A model generated the notes under the pieces. The model ran no database searches. It was not told the DNA's origin and worked only from the letters and a program-made list of their open reading frames with translations. Source: Scyliorhinus canicula (lineage: Eukaryota). Taken from it: a stretch of DNA of 64,000 nucleotides. The stretch is from NCBI RefSeq assembly GCF_902713615.1, contig NC_052176.1, positions 2,976,001 to 3,040,000 on the forward strand, in the 5' to 3' direction. Shown here piece after piece: positions 1-11,880 of the stretch (position 1 is its first letter; each line of letters begins with the position of its first letter). The position numbers and the translations under genes were made by a program.

Positions 1-466
1 GACACAAAGTCTTCCGCAAAAACATTCACGGGAAGAAACAATTTTGCCGACTCTGGGCTTAAAATGGACCCCAAGAGCCACAGGGTCAGGATCGCTGCGC
101 CTCAGGTGGTGCACACAGAAGAGGCCCACGCAATTCCTTTCTTCAGCACTCCCTCCATCACTGAACAAATGGCAGCATTGAGGGCGAAGCAGAGACGGGG
201 AGTGGAGGGTGGAGGTGGTGAAGAGTAGATTACTCCTTTCGGCTGCCCTTGAGATTGCTACACCTGAGCTGCACTGCTGAAGGTTCGCCAGGAACGTCGG
301 AAGGCTGAATGGGCCCATCCGATGAAAATGCCCTGAAGGGATGCCGCGGGAGTTCCTCCAATGAAAGGGGGCTCTGCTCAAAGGGGAGGAGCCCTGCAGT
401 GAAGGACAGTGCGCTGCAGAGCTGCAAGGCCACGACAAGAAATTCAAATACTGTTTCAGCTGCGGC
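1..466 (-). other. Putative internal exon (runs off window) of an unidentified minus-strand gene
   Basis: Minus-strand acceptor ...ctcctcacctgcccctgtgttcag| at 467. One frame (465->1) has no stop over 155 codons and is in phase with the 2541-2428 exon. Protein not recognised; may be UTR. Confidence 0.45.
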
Positions 467-2427
467 CTGAACACAGGGGCAGGTGAGGAGAAATTTGCTG
501 CTTTTAACAAGGTGGGTGTTTAGTCATGCATCATACTCTGAAAATATTTGACATATCTATCATCAGAGTAAAATCTGGTATCCCATCAGTGAGAGACAAT
601 GCAGTACACATTGTATCGCATATACTCCAAAGAATCCCTGAGCAGAACTCATACCATGAACTCACCTCTGATGTGTTAACACTGGGCATTATCGTGTACA
701 GTGACCACAAGCTCCTTCAACGCTGTTACGTTTACTTGGCATGGCGACTTCCTTTATTGTTTCAGGGGATGTGGGTGCCACTGACCATTCGTTGCCCATC
801 CCTAATTACAGTTGAACCGAGGGGCTCGCTGGGCTATTTCAGAGGGGGGCGGTTCGGAGTCAGCCACATTCCGTGGGTCTGGAGTCACGTGTGGGCCAGA
901 CCGGATAAGGACGGCATATTTACTCCCGTGAAGGGACATTAGTGTTTTAACAAAACTCAATGATAGTTTCATGGTGAGATTAGCTTTGTAGATTTTACAG
1001 TATTAATTGAATACATTTCACCAGTTGCCATGGTAGGATTTGAACCTGAGCTATATTCAAGCTTATTTGCCTGCGATCTATTTTTCCCAACCAACCTACC
1101 TTCGGGAGCGACGTCGGCCGACCTTCACAACCCACCATTTCCGTTTACCTTTAATGTGACAGGTAAGCCTGCTTGGTCCCCAAGATCTCACTTGCTTTGT
1201 TGTTGTGTTACATTTCTGATAATGGCTTCAGCTGATGATTTAAGATCTCACTGTGTCCGTTGAAAGAAAAATCAAGAGGTTTGTCCAATGCCTTTGAAGT
1301 TTTGAGGGTTTCAATCTTTCATTTGCCAGTACTTCCCTGCATATAACACACATGGGCTTTGCACCCTGATTTCCAGTGGCACAATTAATAAACCCACACC
1401 TCAAGTAATCAACTTTACGCTGCTTTGTTCCTGTTTTCAGCTTCTACATTGGTTGTTCACCAGAGGCCCTGAAGCTCACACCAGCATTGCCGGCAGCTAC
1501 AAAGTGGAGGAATCTCTCTCGCCGCCCATAGCACATGAATTCAGTGTACGGCACTCATGACCTGCTCTCTGCCGCCTCGCCAGACAGGAAGACTCCGTAG
1601 ATTTTTAAAAATCTGTGTTTGTGTTCAAAACAAAAACTTTTTTTTTCCAATTAAGGGGCAATTTTAGCATGGCAATTTTACCTACCCTGTACATCTTTGG
1701 GTTGTAGGGGTGAGACCCACGCAGACACAGGGAAAATGTGCAAACTCCACACGGACAGTGACCCGGGGCTGGAATTGGAACCGGTTCCTCGGCGCCGTGA
1801 GGCAGCAGCACCGACCACTGCGCCACCTTTTTAAAAAGAAACTCTGCTCCTGGGCCAGTGCGCTTACGTCAGGAGGAGGCATACTGTCCCGGCTGGTCTC
1901 CGGGCCTGTGCTGAGGGGGCCACGCATTCCTCGGATGGCCAGCGTTCTGAAAGCATGTCACAGCCAGCATTTTTAGAAGCCAGTTGGGCACTACTTCCCG
2001 CAATCGGGAACGCCCCCCCCCCCCCCCCCCCCCGCGGGTCCTGACCCTGACTTTGCGAATGACTGCAGTAACATTACCACTATGCCATCCTGGTAACTTG
2101 CTGACACACATTATATTGCATATATAATGCATCTTTCCAACATATGTATCTTTTAACACTTGCTAAAAGATTGCAACAGATACACGTTGCTGTGGTTTTT
2201 CATCTTGGAATTCATGAGGACAAATGCAAGAATGCCAAATTTCAAACTACAACAATTTGTACCACAGGGAAAGGGGTGTGGATTGGTTGGCAAGTTAAAT
2301 CTGATTGGCTTAGGTGTTACCAAGGAGAAAGCAACTGCCGTTTGGGAAGCAGATAGTTCCTCCCCAATGAAAAACGTTCAGCAACGTGTCTGCCTTTTCA
2401 GCAATATTATCAAGTGATTACATTTAC

Positions 2428-2541
2428 CTTTCCAATGTGCTCGTAGGAGACTGCAAGTAACTGGAGGATAACAAGAGGATACCAAACGGGTCACAATATC
2501 CTGCAACCATGACTTCCCATAGGATAAGAGCTTTGGAGATC
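2428..2541 (-). other. Putative 114-nt exon of the unidentified minus-strand gene
   Basis: Branch-like CTAAC, pyrimidine tract and CAG acceptor; donor AAG|GTAAAT. ATG at 2510 (GTCATGG) is in frame with the 466-1 exon. Confidence 0.5.
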
Positions 2542-3464
2542 CTGGGCATAAAGAATGTGAGAACAGCAGTTAGGGGAGATGGTAGCGGAGTGGTAATGCT
2601 GCTGGATTAGTAAACCAGAGGCCCCGGGCTAATGTTCAGATGACACATGTTCAAATCCCACCATGGCAGCACGGTGGTGAGCATTTCTGCCTCACGGCGC
2701 CAAGGTCCCAGGTTCGATCCCGGCTTGGGTCACTGCCTGTGTGGAGTCTGCACGTTCTCCCCCTCATGTCTGCGTAGGTTTCCTCCGGGCGCTCCGGTTT
2801 CCTCCCACAAATCCCAAAAGACGTGTTTGTTGGGTGAATTGGACCTTCTGAATTCTCCCTCCGTGAATCCGAACAGGCGCCGGAATGTGGCGACGAGGGG
2901 CTTTTCACAGTAACTTCACTGCAGTGTTAATGTAAGCCGACTTGTGACAATAATAATGATTATTATTAATTGTCCTTGAACTGAGTGGCTTGCTAGGCTA
3001 TTTCACATTACTACGTGTCTGGAGTCACAGGTAGGCCAGGCCAGGTAAGGACGGCAGATTTCCTTCCCTAAAGGACATTCGTGAGCCAGATGGGGTTTTG
3101 CAACAATCGAAGATAGGTTCATGGTCACCATTCCTGAGAGTAGCTTTTCATGCCTGATTTTATTTGAACCCTCACTTCCACCCTATCCCCGTAACCCAAT
3201 AACCCCTCCTACCCTTTTTGGTCACTAAGGGCAATTTATCATGGCCAATCCACCTAACCTCTCATAGTACATTCTCCCCGTGTCTGCGTGGGTCTCACCC
3301 CCACAAACCCAAAGACGTGTAGGGTAGGTGGATTGGTCATGCTAAATTGCCCCTTAATTGGAAAAAAAATAATTGACTGTTCTAAATGTAAAAAAAAATA
3401 AAGGATCTGGATCGGCGCAGGCTGGGAGGGCCGAAGGGCCTGTTCCTGTGCTGTAATTTTCTTT

Positions 3465-3981
3465 TGGAAGAGCGAACTGAGAGCATTATTGCTAAGTTTG
3501 CAGATGATACAAAGGCATGTACAGGGACAGGATGTGTTGAGGAAGCAGGAAGGGTGCAGATGGACCTGGATCGACTAGGAGAGTGGCAGAGGGAATACAA
3601 TGTGGAAAAGTGTGAGGTTATGCATTTTGGCAGGAGGAATTGAGGCACAGACTATTTTCGAAATGGGAAAGGGTTTCGGAAATCAGAAGCACAAAGTGCA
3701 CTAGAGAGTCCCAGTCAGGATTCTCTTAAGATTAACAAGCAGGCTCAGTTGGCAGTTAGGAAGGCAAATGCAATGTGTGCTGTTGAGGCTGTTTAAGTCT
3801 TCGGTCAGACCCCATTTGGAGTATTGTGAGCAATTTTGGGTCCCGTATCTAAAGAAGGATGTGCTGCACTTGGAAAGGGTCCAGAGGAGGTTCACAAGAA
3901 TGATCCCTGGAATGATGAGCTTGTTCCGGATAAGGAACGGTTGAGGACTCTGGGTCTGTACTCGGAGTTTAGAAGGATGGG

Positions 3982-4038
<57 letters not shown>

Positions 4039-4420
4039 GGTCCTTATTGAAACTTTACAGGATACTGCGAGGCCTGGATCGAGTGGGCGTGGAGAGGATG
4101 TTTCCACTTGTAGGAAAAACTAGAAGCAGAGGACGCCATCTCAGGCTAAAGGGACGATCCTTTAAAACAGAGATGAAACTAAATTAAATGAATGAAATGA
4201 AATGAAATTCGCTTATAGTCACAAATAGGCTTCAAATGGAGTTACTGTGAAAAGTCCCTAGTCGCCACATTCCGGCACCTGTTCAGGGAGGCTGGTACAG
4301 AATGAGGAGGAGGAGATGAGGAGGAATTTCTTCAGCCAGAGGGTGGTGAATGTGGAACTCTTTGCCGCAGAAGGCTGCGGAGGCCAAATCACTGAGTGTC
4401 TTTAAGACAGAGATGGATGG
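3465..4420 (+). mobile_element. Degenerate CR1 LINE 3' fragment with poly-G run and nested SINE tail
   Basis: RT motif AKFADDTK and [13 protein letters not shown]; frameshifted. Confidence 0.85.
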
Positions 4421-5249
4421 TTTCTGGGGCATGACTTTTTATCTGGGGTTGGTTTAGCACAGGGCTAAATCACTGGCTTTGAAAGCAGACCAGCAGCACC
4501 GGTTCAACTCCTGTTCCAGCCTCCCCGGACAGGTGCCGGAATGTGGCGACTAGGGGCTTTTCACAGTAACTTCATTTGAAGCCGACTTGTGACAATAAGC
4601 GATTTTCATTTCATTGATAGGTTCTTGATCAATAAGGCGATCTGGGGAGAAGGCAGGAGGTTGGGGGGGGGATGAGAAAAATATCAGCCATGATTGAACA
4701 GTGGAGCAGCCTCGGGGCTGGTTTAGCACACTGGGCTAAATCGCTGGCTTTGAAAGCAGACCAGGGCAGGCCAGCAGCGCCGGTTCAATTCCCATACCAG
4801 CCTCCCCGAACAGGCGCCGGAATGTGGCGACTAGGGGCTTTTCACAGTAACTTCATTTGAAGCCTACTCGCGACAATAAGTGATTTTAATTTTAATTTCG
4901 AAGGGCCGGTCTAATTCCGCCCCCATGTCTTACGGCCCGTGTCCTTCCAAGGCGATGGTGGCCGTCGGGTTTGGGAGGAGCTGCCTCGGGAGCCTCGGTG
5001 AGGTGAACCTGTGGAGGTGAGCAGAACTGGCAGCCGTCAACAGTCAACAATACGGGAGCCACCTCGCTTCCCAGGGATGGGAATTCCGGACCCCCCTTGG
5101 AAGTGTGAATAGTGTAGAGGGAGGAAGCTGAGGAACAATCCCCCCCCCCAAAGACCATCAACCCTCCATTCCCCCCCGGGCCTGGGAAGAGGCTCCCGGC
5201 CAATCCGGGAGGGTTGGCAACCAGATGGTCAATCTTGTCTCCCCACCCT

Positions 5250-5575
5250 ACCCGTGTGCGCACACGGCGGGGTGTCAGACGTCGACCTCGCACCGTCCAC
5301 CCTCCTCGGAATAACTGCGCTGTTTATTTATTCATTTCTTTATTTTAAACCGACTTGCCCCCTCTTACCCGCCCTCCGCCGCCGCCTTCGTCCAGTGCGC
5401 GTGCGTGAGGGGAGGGGCGCCCCGAGAGTCGGTCCGCGCATGTGCGCCGGAGGCAGCCTCCCACCGCCGCGCAGGCGCAGCACTCAAGCTTTGGGCGGCA
5501 AACGGGCGCCCGCCACAGCTTTTCAAATCGACGTTTCCCGTTGGGCGCGCGCGTGTTGGGAGAAGGAGAAGGCAG
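5250..5575 (-). promoter_or_regulatory. CpG island / probable promoter and first exon of the minus-strand transcript
   Basis: CpG-dense; NRF1-like GCGCATGTGCGC (5436) and GCGCAGGCGCA (5469); minus-strand donor CGG|GTAAGA at 5369/5368. Confidence 0.55.
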
Positions 5576-8535
5576 CCCTCTCCTCCTCTTACCACAGCCC
5601 CTCCCCCTTCTTACCACCGCCCCTCCCCCTTCTTACCACCGCCCCTCCCCCTTCTTACCACCGCCCCCCCACTTCTTACCACCGCCCCCCCCACTTCTTA
5701 CCACCACCCCTCCCCTTCTTACCACCGCCCCTCCCCCTCCTCTAACCACCGCCCCTCCCCCTCCTCTAACCACCGCCCCCCCCACTTCTTACCACCCGCC
5801 CCCCCCACTTCTTACCACCGCCCCTCCCCCTTCTTACCACCGCCCCTCCCCCTTCTTACCACCCGCCCCTCCCCCTTCTTACCACAGCCCCTCCCCCTTC
5901 TTACCACAGCCCCTCCCCCTTCTTACCACCGCCCTCCCCCTTCTTACCACCGCCCCCCCCCTTCTTACCACCGCCCCTCCCCCTTCTTACCACCACCCCT
6001 CCCCCTTCTTACCACAGCCCCTCCCCCTTCTTACCACCGCCCCTCCCCCTTCTTACCACAGCCCCTCCCCTTCTTACCACCGCCCCTCCCCCTTTTTACC
6101 AACGTCCCTCCCCTCTAACCGCCGCCCCTCGCCTCCTCTAACCACCGCCCCTCCCTCTCCGCTAGCCGCCGCCCCTCCCTCTCCGCTAACCACCTCCCCT
6201 CCTCTAACCACCACCCCTCCCCTCCTCTAACCACCGCCCCTCCCTCTCCGCTAGCCGCCGCCCCTCCCTCTCCGCTAACCACCTCCCCTCCTCTAACCAC
6301 CACCCCTCCCCTCCTCTAACCACCGCCCCTCCCCTCCTCTAACCACCCGCCCCTCCCTCTCCGCTAGCCGCCGCCCCTCCCCCTCCTCTAGCCACCACCC
6401 CTCCCCCTCCTCTAACCGCCACCCCACCCCCTCCTCTAACCACCGCCCCTCCTCTACCACCACCCCTCCCCCTCCTCTAACCACCGCCCCTCCTCTACCC
6501 ACCACCCCTACCCCTCCTCTAACCACCGCCCCTCCCCCTCCTTAACCACCGCCCCTCCCCCTCCTTAACCACCGCCCCTCCCCCTCCTTAACCACCACCC
6601 CTCCCCCTCCTCTTACCCCCCCGTCCCCCCTCCTCTAACCCCCCCACCGCCCCTCCTCTAACAACCGCCCTCTCCCCCTCCCAACCACACGCCCCTCCCC
6701 GCTCCTTCTACACAACAACCCTCCCCCTCCTCTTAACCACCGCCCCTCCCCCTCCTCTACCACCGCCCCTCCCCCTCCTCTATCCACCCCCCGCCCCCTC
6801 CTCTAACCACCTCCCTCCCCCTCCTTAAACCCCGCCCCTCCCCCATCCTCTAACCACCACCACTCCCCCTCCCTAACCCCGCGCCCCCCTCCCCCTCCTC
6901 TAACCACCACGCCCTTCACCCTCCTCTAAACCACCTCCCCTCCCCCTACCCTAACCACCGTCCACCTCCCCCATCCTCTACCCACCGCCCCTCCCTTCCT
7001 CTAACCACCACCGCCCCTCCTCCTACCCACCACCCTCCCCCCTCCTCTAACACGCCCCCTCCCCCTCCTTAACCACCACCCCTCCCCCTCCTCTACCCAC
7101 CACCCGCCCCTCACCCCTCCTCTAACCACCCCGCCCCTCCTCTAACCACCCGCCCCTCCCCCTCCTCTAACCACCGCCCCTCCCCCTCCTCTAACCACCC
7201 CCCCCCCCCCTCTAACCACCGCCCCTCCTCTAACCACCGCCCCTCCCCCTCCTTAACCACCCCCGCCCCTCCCCCTCCTTAACCACCGCCCCTCCCCCTC
7301 CTCTACCCACCAAACCCCCTCCCCCCTCCTCTAACCACACCCCTCCCCTCCTCTAAACAACCGCCCCTCCCCCTCCTCTAACCACCCGCCCCTCCCCCTC
7401 CTCTAACCACCCGCCCCTCCTCTACCCACCACCCCTCCTCTACCCACCACCCCTCCCCCTCCTCTAACCACCACCCCTCCTCTACCCACCACCCCTCCCC
7501 CTCCTCTAACCACCACCCCTCCTCTAACCACCGCCCCTCCTCTAACCACCACCCCTCCTCTAACCACCGCCCCTCCTCTAACCACCCGCCCCTCCTCTAA
7601 CCACCCGCCCCCCCCCTCCTCTAACCACCGCCCCTCCCCCTCCTCTAACCACCCGCCCCTCCCCCTCCTCTAACCACCGCCCCGCCCCCTCCTCTAACCA
7701 CCGCCCCTCCCCCTCCTCTAACCACCGCCCCTCCCCCTCCTCTAACCACCGCCCCTCCCCCCCTCCTCTAACCACCCGCCCCTCCCCTTCCTCTAACCAC
7801 CGCCCCCCCCCCTCCTCTAACCACCGCCCCTCCCCCTCCTTAACCACCGCCCCTCCCCCTCCTCTAGCCACCACCCCTCCCCCTCCTCTAACCACCACCC
7901 CTCCCCCTCCTCTAACCACCACCCCTCCCCCTCCTCTAACCACCGCCCCTCCTCTAACCACCGCCCCTCCCCCTCCTCTAACCACTGCCCCTCCCCCTCC
8001 TCTAACCACCGGCCCTCCTCTAGCCACCGCCTCTCACCCCCTCTAACCACCGCCCTCCCCCTTCTTACCACCACCCCTCCTCTAACCACCGCCCCTCCCC
8101 CTCCTCTAACCACCGCCCCTCCCCCTCCTCTAACCACCGCCCCTCCCCCCTCCTCTAACCACCGGCCCTCCCCCTCCTCTAACCACCACCCCTCCCCCTC
8201 CTCTAACCGCCGCCCCATCCTCTAACCACCACCCCTCCCCCTCCTCTAACCGCCGCCCCATCCCTCCTCTAACCACCGCCCCTCCCCCCTCTTACCACCA
8301 CCCCTCTTACCACCGCCCTAACCCCCTATTGCAACCGCCCCTCCCCATCCCCTTACCACTGCCCCTCTTATCACCACCCCTCCCCTCCTCTTATCACCAC
8401 CCCTCTTACCTCCACCCCTCCCCTCCCATACCGCCACCCCTCCCCTCCTCTTACAACCGCCCCTCCCCCTCTTACCTCCACCCCTCCCCTCCCACACCGC
8501 CACCCCTCCCCCCTCTTACCACCTCCCCCACCACT
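5576..8535. repeat. ~3 kb C-rich minisatellite (~20-25 bp units, e.g. CTCCTCTAACCACCGCCCCTCCCC)
   Basis: Direct tandem repetition with variant blocks; noisier in ~6600-7400. Confidence 0.95.
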
Positions 8536-8555
8536 GCCAACACCCATTAAACAAG

Positions 8556-8576
8556 ATGGAGTCAGCGGTCCGCCAG
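8556..8576 (+). CDS. TOP6BL: TOP6BL exon 1 (MESAVRQ)
   Basis: AAGATGG start, CAG|GTAATG donor, phase 0 matches exon 2; at edge of a CpG island. Resembles mammalian ..AV(F/C)E|ILR. Short, so less certain. Confidence 0.7.
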
Positions 8577-9200
8577 GTAATGGAAGCAGAGGGCAAGCTG
8601 GCTCTGCTCCACTGCCGGCCGTGTGAGATACAGAGAGAGAACGGGAAACTGCGCCCGGAGACCACGGATGGAGTTATCAGGGGGCAGATTATTGGGGCTG
8701 TTGACGTTTTAAAAAATCTGAAACGCCTAAAAAAAAGGGGGGGAATGTCACGTCAAGTGTCGTCACGTGTGCCGGTGGGGGGACGATTCACCCCGAAGCG
8801 GGGTTCGCGGGGACGGTACGTCCCGCTCTCCGGTCGGCGCGAATGGGATCCCCACTCGGCCAGGCCGAGAACCCCATCACGCCTCGGACGCGTGCATTAC
8901 GATCTCGGCGCAATCGAAGTCGAATGCTGCGGCAGCCACTGCCCAGCGGAGTCGCCGCCAACCCGTCCCTACCCCCGGGGAGTCACCCCCGACCCCGTTG
9001 CCCCCCCCCCCCGTCAAGTGGGAAGTTGCACAGGCGCCGCTCCACGAAAGCGGGGAGCGTGCCCCGTGGGCGCCGCAGGGGATGGAGGAGGTGAGTGGCC
9101 CTCCCCGATTACCTCCGTGCAGCTCAAGGGCAACCGGAGCTGCTGGCCCGGAGGTTGAGGGGGGGCCTCTATTGGGGGGGTGGACAGCAGGGGACCAGCG
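8577..9200 (+). promoter_or_regulatory. CpG island in TOP6BL intron 1
   Basis: High CpG density; TCACGTCA (8748) and E-box GTCACGTG (8762). Confidence 0.6.
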
Positions 9201-9717
9201 CTGGGGATAGTTAAGGGGGTAGGTTTTGAGGGCAGCACTGTGGCACAGTGGGTTAGCCCTGCTGCCTCACGGCGCCAAGGACCCGGGTTCGATCCCAGCT
9301 CTGGGTCACTGTCCGTGTGGAGTTTGCACATTCTCCCCGTGTCTGCGTGGGTTTCACCCCCACAACCCAAAGATGTGCAGGGTAGGTGGATTGGCCACGC
9401 TAAAATTGCCCCTTTGTATCCAAAGATGTGTAGGTTAGGTGGATAATAATCTTTATTGTCACAAGTAGGCTTACATTAACACCGCAATGAAGTTACTGTG
9501 AAAATCCCCTCGTCGCCACATTCTGGCGCCTGTTCGGGTACACAGAGGGAGAACTCGGAATGCCCAAATTCCCTAACAAGCACATCTCTCGGGACTTGTG
9601 GGAGGAAACCCACGCAGACATGGGGTGAATGTGCAGACTCCGCACAGACAGTGACCCAAGCCGGGAATCGAACCCGGGACCCTGGAGCTGCGAAGCAACA
9701 AGTGCTACCGTGCTGCC

Positions 9718-9970
9718 ATGCTAAATTGCCCCTTAGTGTCCAAAGATGTGCAGGTTAGGTCGATTGACCGTGCTAAATGGCCCCTTAGTGTCCAAAGATA
9801 TACAGGTTAGGTCGATTGACCGTGCTAAATGGCCCCTTAGTGTCCAAAGATATACAGGTTAGGTCGATTGACCGTGCTAAATGGCCCCTTAGTGTCCAAA
9901 GACGTGCAGGTTAGGTCGATTGACTGTGCTAAATGGCTCCTTAGTGTTGAAAGATGTGCAGGTTAGGTGA
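9718..9970 (+). repeat. 52-bp tandem repeat (~5 units) amplified from SINE internal sequence
   Basis: TGCTAAATGGCCCCTTAGTGTCCAAAGATATACAGGTTAGGTCGATTGACCG repeated. Confidence 0.9.
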
Positions 9971-10096
9971 GCTTAAGGAGATGGGGCAGGGGAGCGGGCC
10001 CAGGTAGGGTGCTCTTTCAGAGGGTCGGAAGAGAGCTGATGGGTCGAATGGCCTCCTGCACTGTAGCGAATTAAAGTTACATGCATTTAACCTAAA

Positions 10097-10491
10097 GGGC
10101 GGGATTCTCCGTCAGCGGGCTTCTCCGTTCTGCCAGCAGCCCTCCCACGCCCGCAGGTTTCCCAATGGCGTGAGGTGGCTGCAGCGGGAAATCCCATTGT
10201 CAGGTGGCCGGGATGGAGAATCGCGTGGATGGTGAGGAACACACGGCTGGGCGGGATGGAGAATCCGGCAGAAAGTATTCAAAACAAGCCAGGGCGGGAT
10301 TCTCCGACCCCCCCCCCCCCCCCCCCCCCCCCCGCTGGCGCTCCCGCACGGTGCCAACCCCTCCAGCGTCCGCCTCGCCCCCGAAGGTGCAGAGGATTCC
10401 GCACCTTCGGGGCGGCTCGACGCCGGAGTGGTTCACGCCACTCCTTTGCGCCGGTACAGCCCGCCCCACCGGTTACCGGAGAATCCAGCCC
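10097..10491. mobile_element. GC-rich MITE-like element
   Basis: GGGCGGGATTCTCC...GGAGAATCCAGCCC inverted termini. Confidence 0.65.
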
Positions 10492-10569
10492 CCTGTGTTT
10501 ATTATTAGCCATGATATTTGAAATGATTCGCAGTAATCAATTGGACACAGCAGTGTGTTTTCTTTACAG

Positions 10570-10717
10570 ATTATAGAGCACCTTATTATTCATATTAAAA
10601 ATGACAGCGGAAGATTGAGAAGATCGGCTGAGCTGGGAGGTGACCTGATTGTATTGGTTAATGCAGTGAACCCAACCTTACGCTTCCACAGGGAACGTCT
10701 CTTCTGTGTAGTAACAG
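10570..10717 (+). CDS. TOP6BL: TOP6BL exon 2 (IIEHLIIHIK...RLFCVVT)
   Basis: ttacag| and |gtagac; aligns with mammalian ILRFLIIHWK...LHCVTT. Confidence 0.9.
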
Positions 10718-10875
10718 GTAGACACACAAACAGGCGCTCAAAGTTGACAGCAACCAAACTGAAACTTAAGATTTGGGATTTTCCAGTCCCACGGTGGATA
10801 AATCCCGCCCATAATCTCTTATCTGTTTTTTTTTTTGTCATGGTGTTACTTTTTTAATGATTCCAATTTGTCCAG

Positions 10876-10929
10876 TTGCAGCTGCTGGACGATGGATCTC
10901 CAAAAATCGAATAGGTCATTTTCACAAAG
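10876..10929 (+). CDS. TOP6BL: TOP6BL exon 3 (VAAAGRWISKNRIGHFHK)
   Basis: tccag| and |gtaaga; phase 1-1; matches VASAG...KFLK. Confidence 0.85.
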
Positions 10930-11619
10930 GTAAGAACTAATCGCTGAGTCTTATTCTTTCGGCTTTCTTGGGATCGTCACAATGCCGGCTGAACACCCTT
11001 CGTGCCACCTCCTCCTGTCAGTCACCCGTTCCTCTTCCACTCCTCTTCTCCTTCCTCCATCACTCACCCCCCCCCCCCCCCCCCCCCCGGCATTTCCTCT
11101 CTCTGCAACAGATGACCTTACCAGTGGATTAGCCCTACTGCCTCATGGCGCCAGGGTCCCAGGTTCAAACCCGGCCCCGGGTCACTGTCCGTGTGGAGTT
11201 TGCACGTTCTCCCCGTGTCTGCGTGAGTTTCGCCCCCACAGCCCAAAGATGTGCCGGGTAGGTGGATTGGCCATGCTAAATTGCCCCTTAATTGGAAAAA
11301 GTGAAGTGGGTTCTCTCAATTAATTAAAAAAAATATGACCATACCATGTCAATCTCTTCCCAGCTAATTTCTTCACTAACTTCACCGATCTCCTGATGTG
11401 CTGATTTTGTTCCTTCTCGTTTCGCCACACGTCCGGCTGGTTTAGCACAGGGCTAAATCGTTGGCTTCGAAAGCAGACCAAGGCAGGCCAGCAGCACGGT
11501 TCAATTCCCGTACCAGACTCCCCGAACAGGCGCCGGAATGTGGCGACTAGGGGCTTTTCACAGTAACTTCATTGAAGCCTACTCGTGACGATAAGCGATT
11601 TTTATTTTCATTTAATTTC

Positions 11620-11880
11620 AGTTGCATCTGTTTAATGCTAAGTCATCATTCCTCTGTACTCCACGTTGCTCAAGTTTCTGCAGTATAACCACAACGCTGG
11701 TCTCTTGTAGATTCTTCCTTTCCGTCTCAACAATACTTTTCCCTCACATAACGCTCGGCTGCACTTCTTCCAATGACTCCAACAGGAGCTAATCTGTTGC
11801 TTAATTTCCATTTCTATGCTTGCGTCATCTGCCACCACTGACCTCAGGTACTTAAAACTATTCAGTTTCTCCAAGTCTTA
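11620..11880 (-). mobile_element. RTE-like LINE remnant
   Basis: EKLNSFKYL...EIKQQI...W...KGRIYK resembles the post-RT region of RTE-clade elements. Confidence 0.6.

Noticed and set aside
1-228. Plus-strand terminal coding exon (..GGGGEE*)
   Set aside because: No recognisable homology; splice and promoter signals favour the minus strand. Cannot be fully excluded.
6530-6600. Matches to the human PRDM9 13-mer (CCTCCTTAACCAC) and telomere-like CTAACC
   Set aside because: PRDM9 specificity is allele- and species-specific, and such matches are expected in C-rich repeats; no true (TTAGGG)n.
5405-8550. Pro-rich / Gly-rich ORFs up to 262 aa
   Set aside because: Translations of the minisatellite in several frames.
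8556-9158. 200-aa single-exon ORF
   Set aside because: Only the first 7 codons fit TOP6BL; the rest is GC-rich intron read-through.
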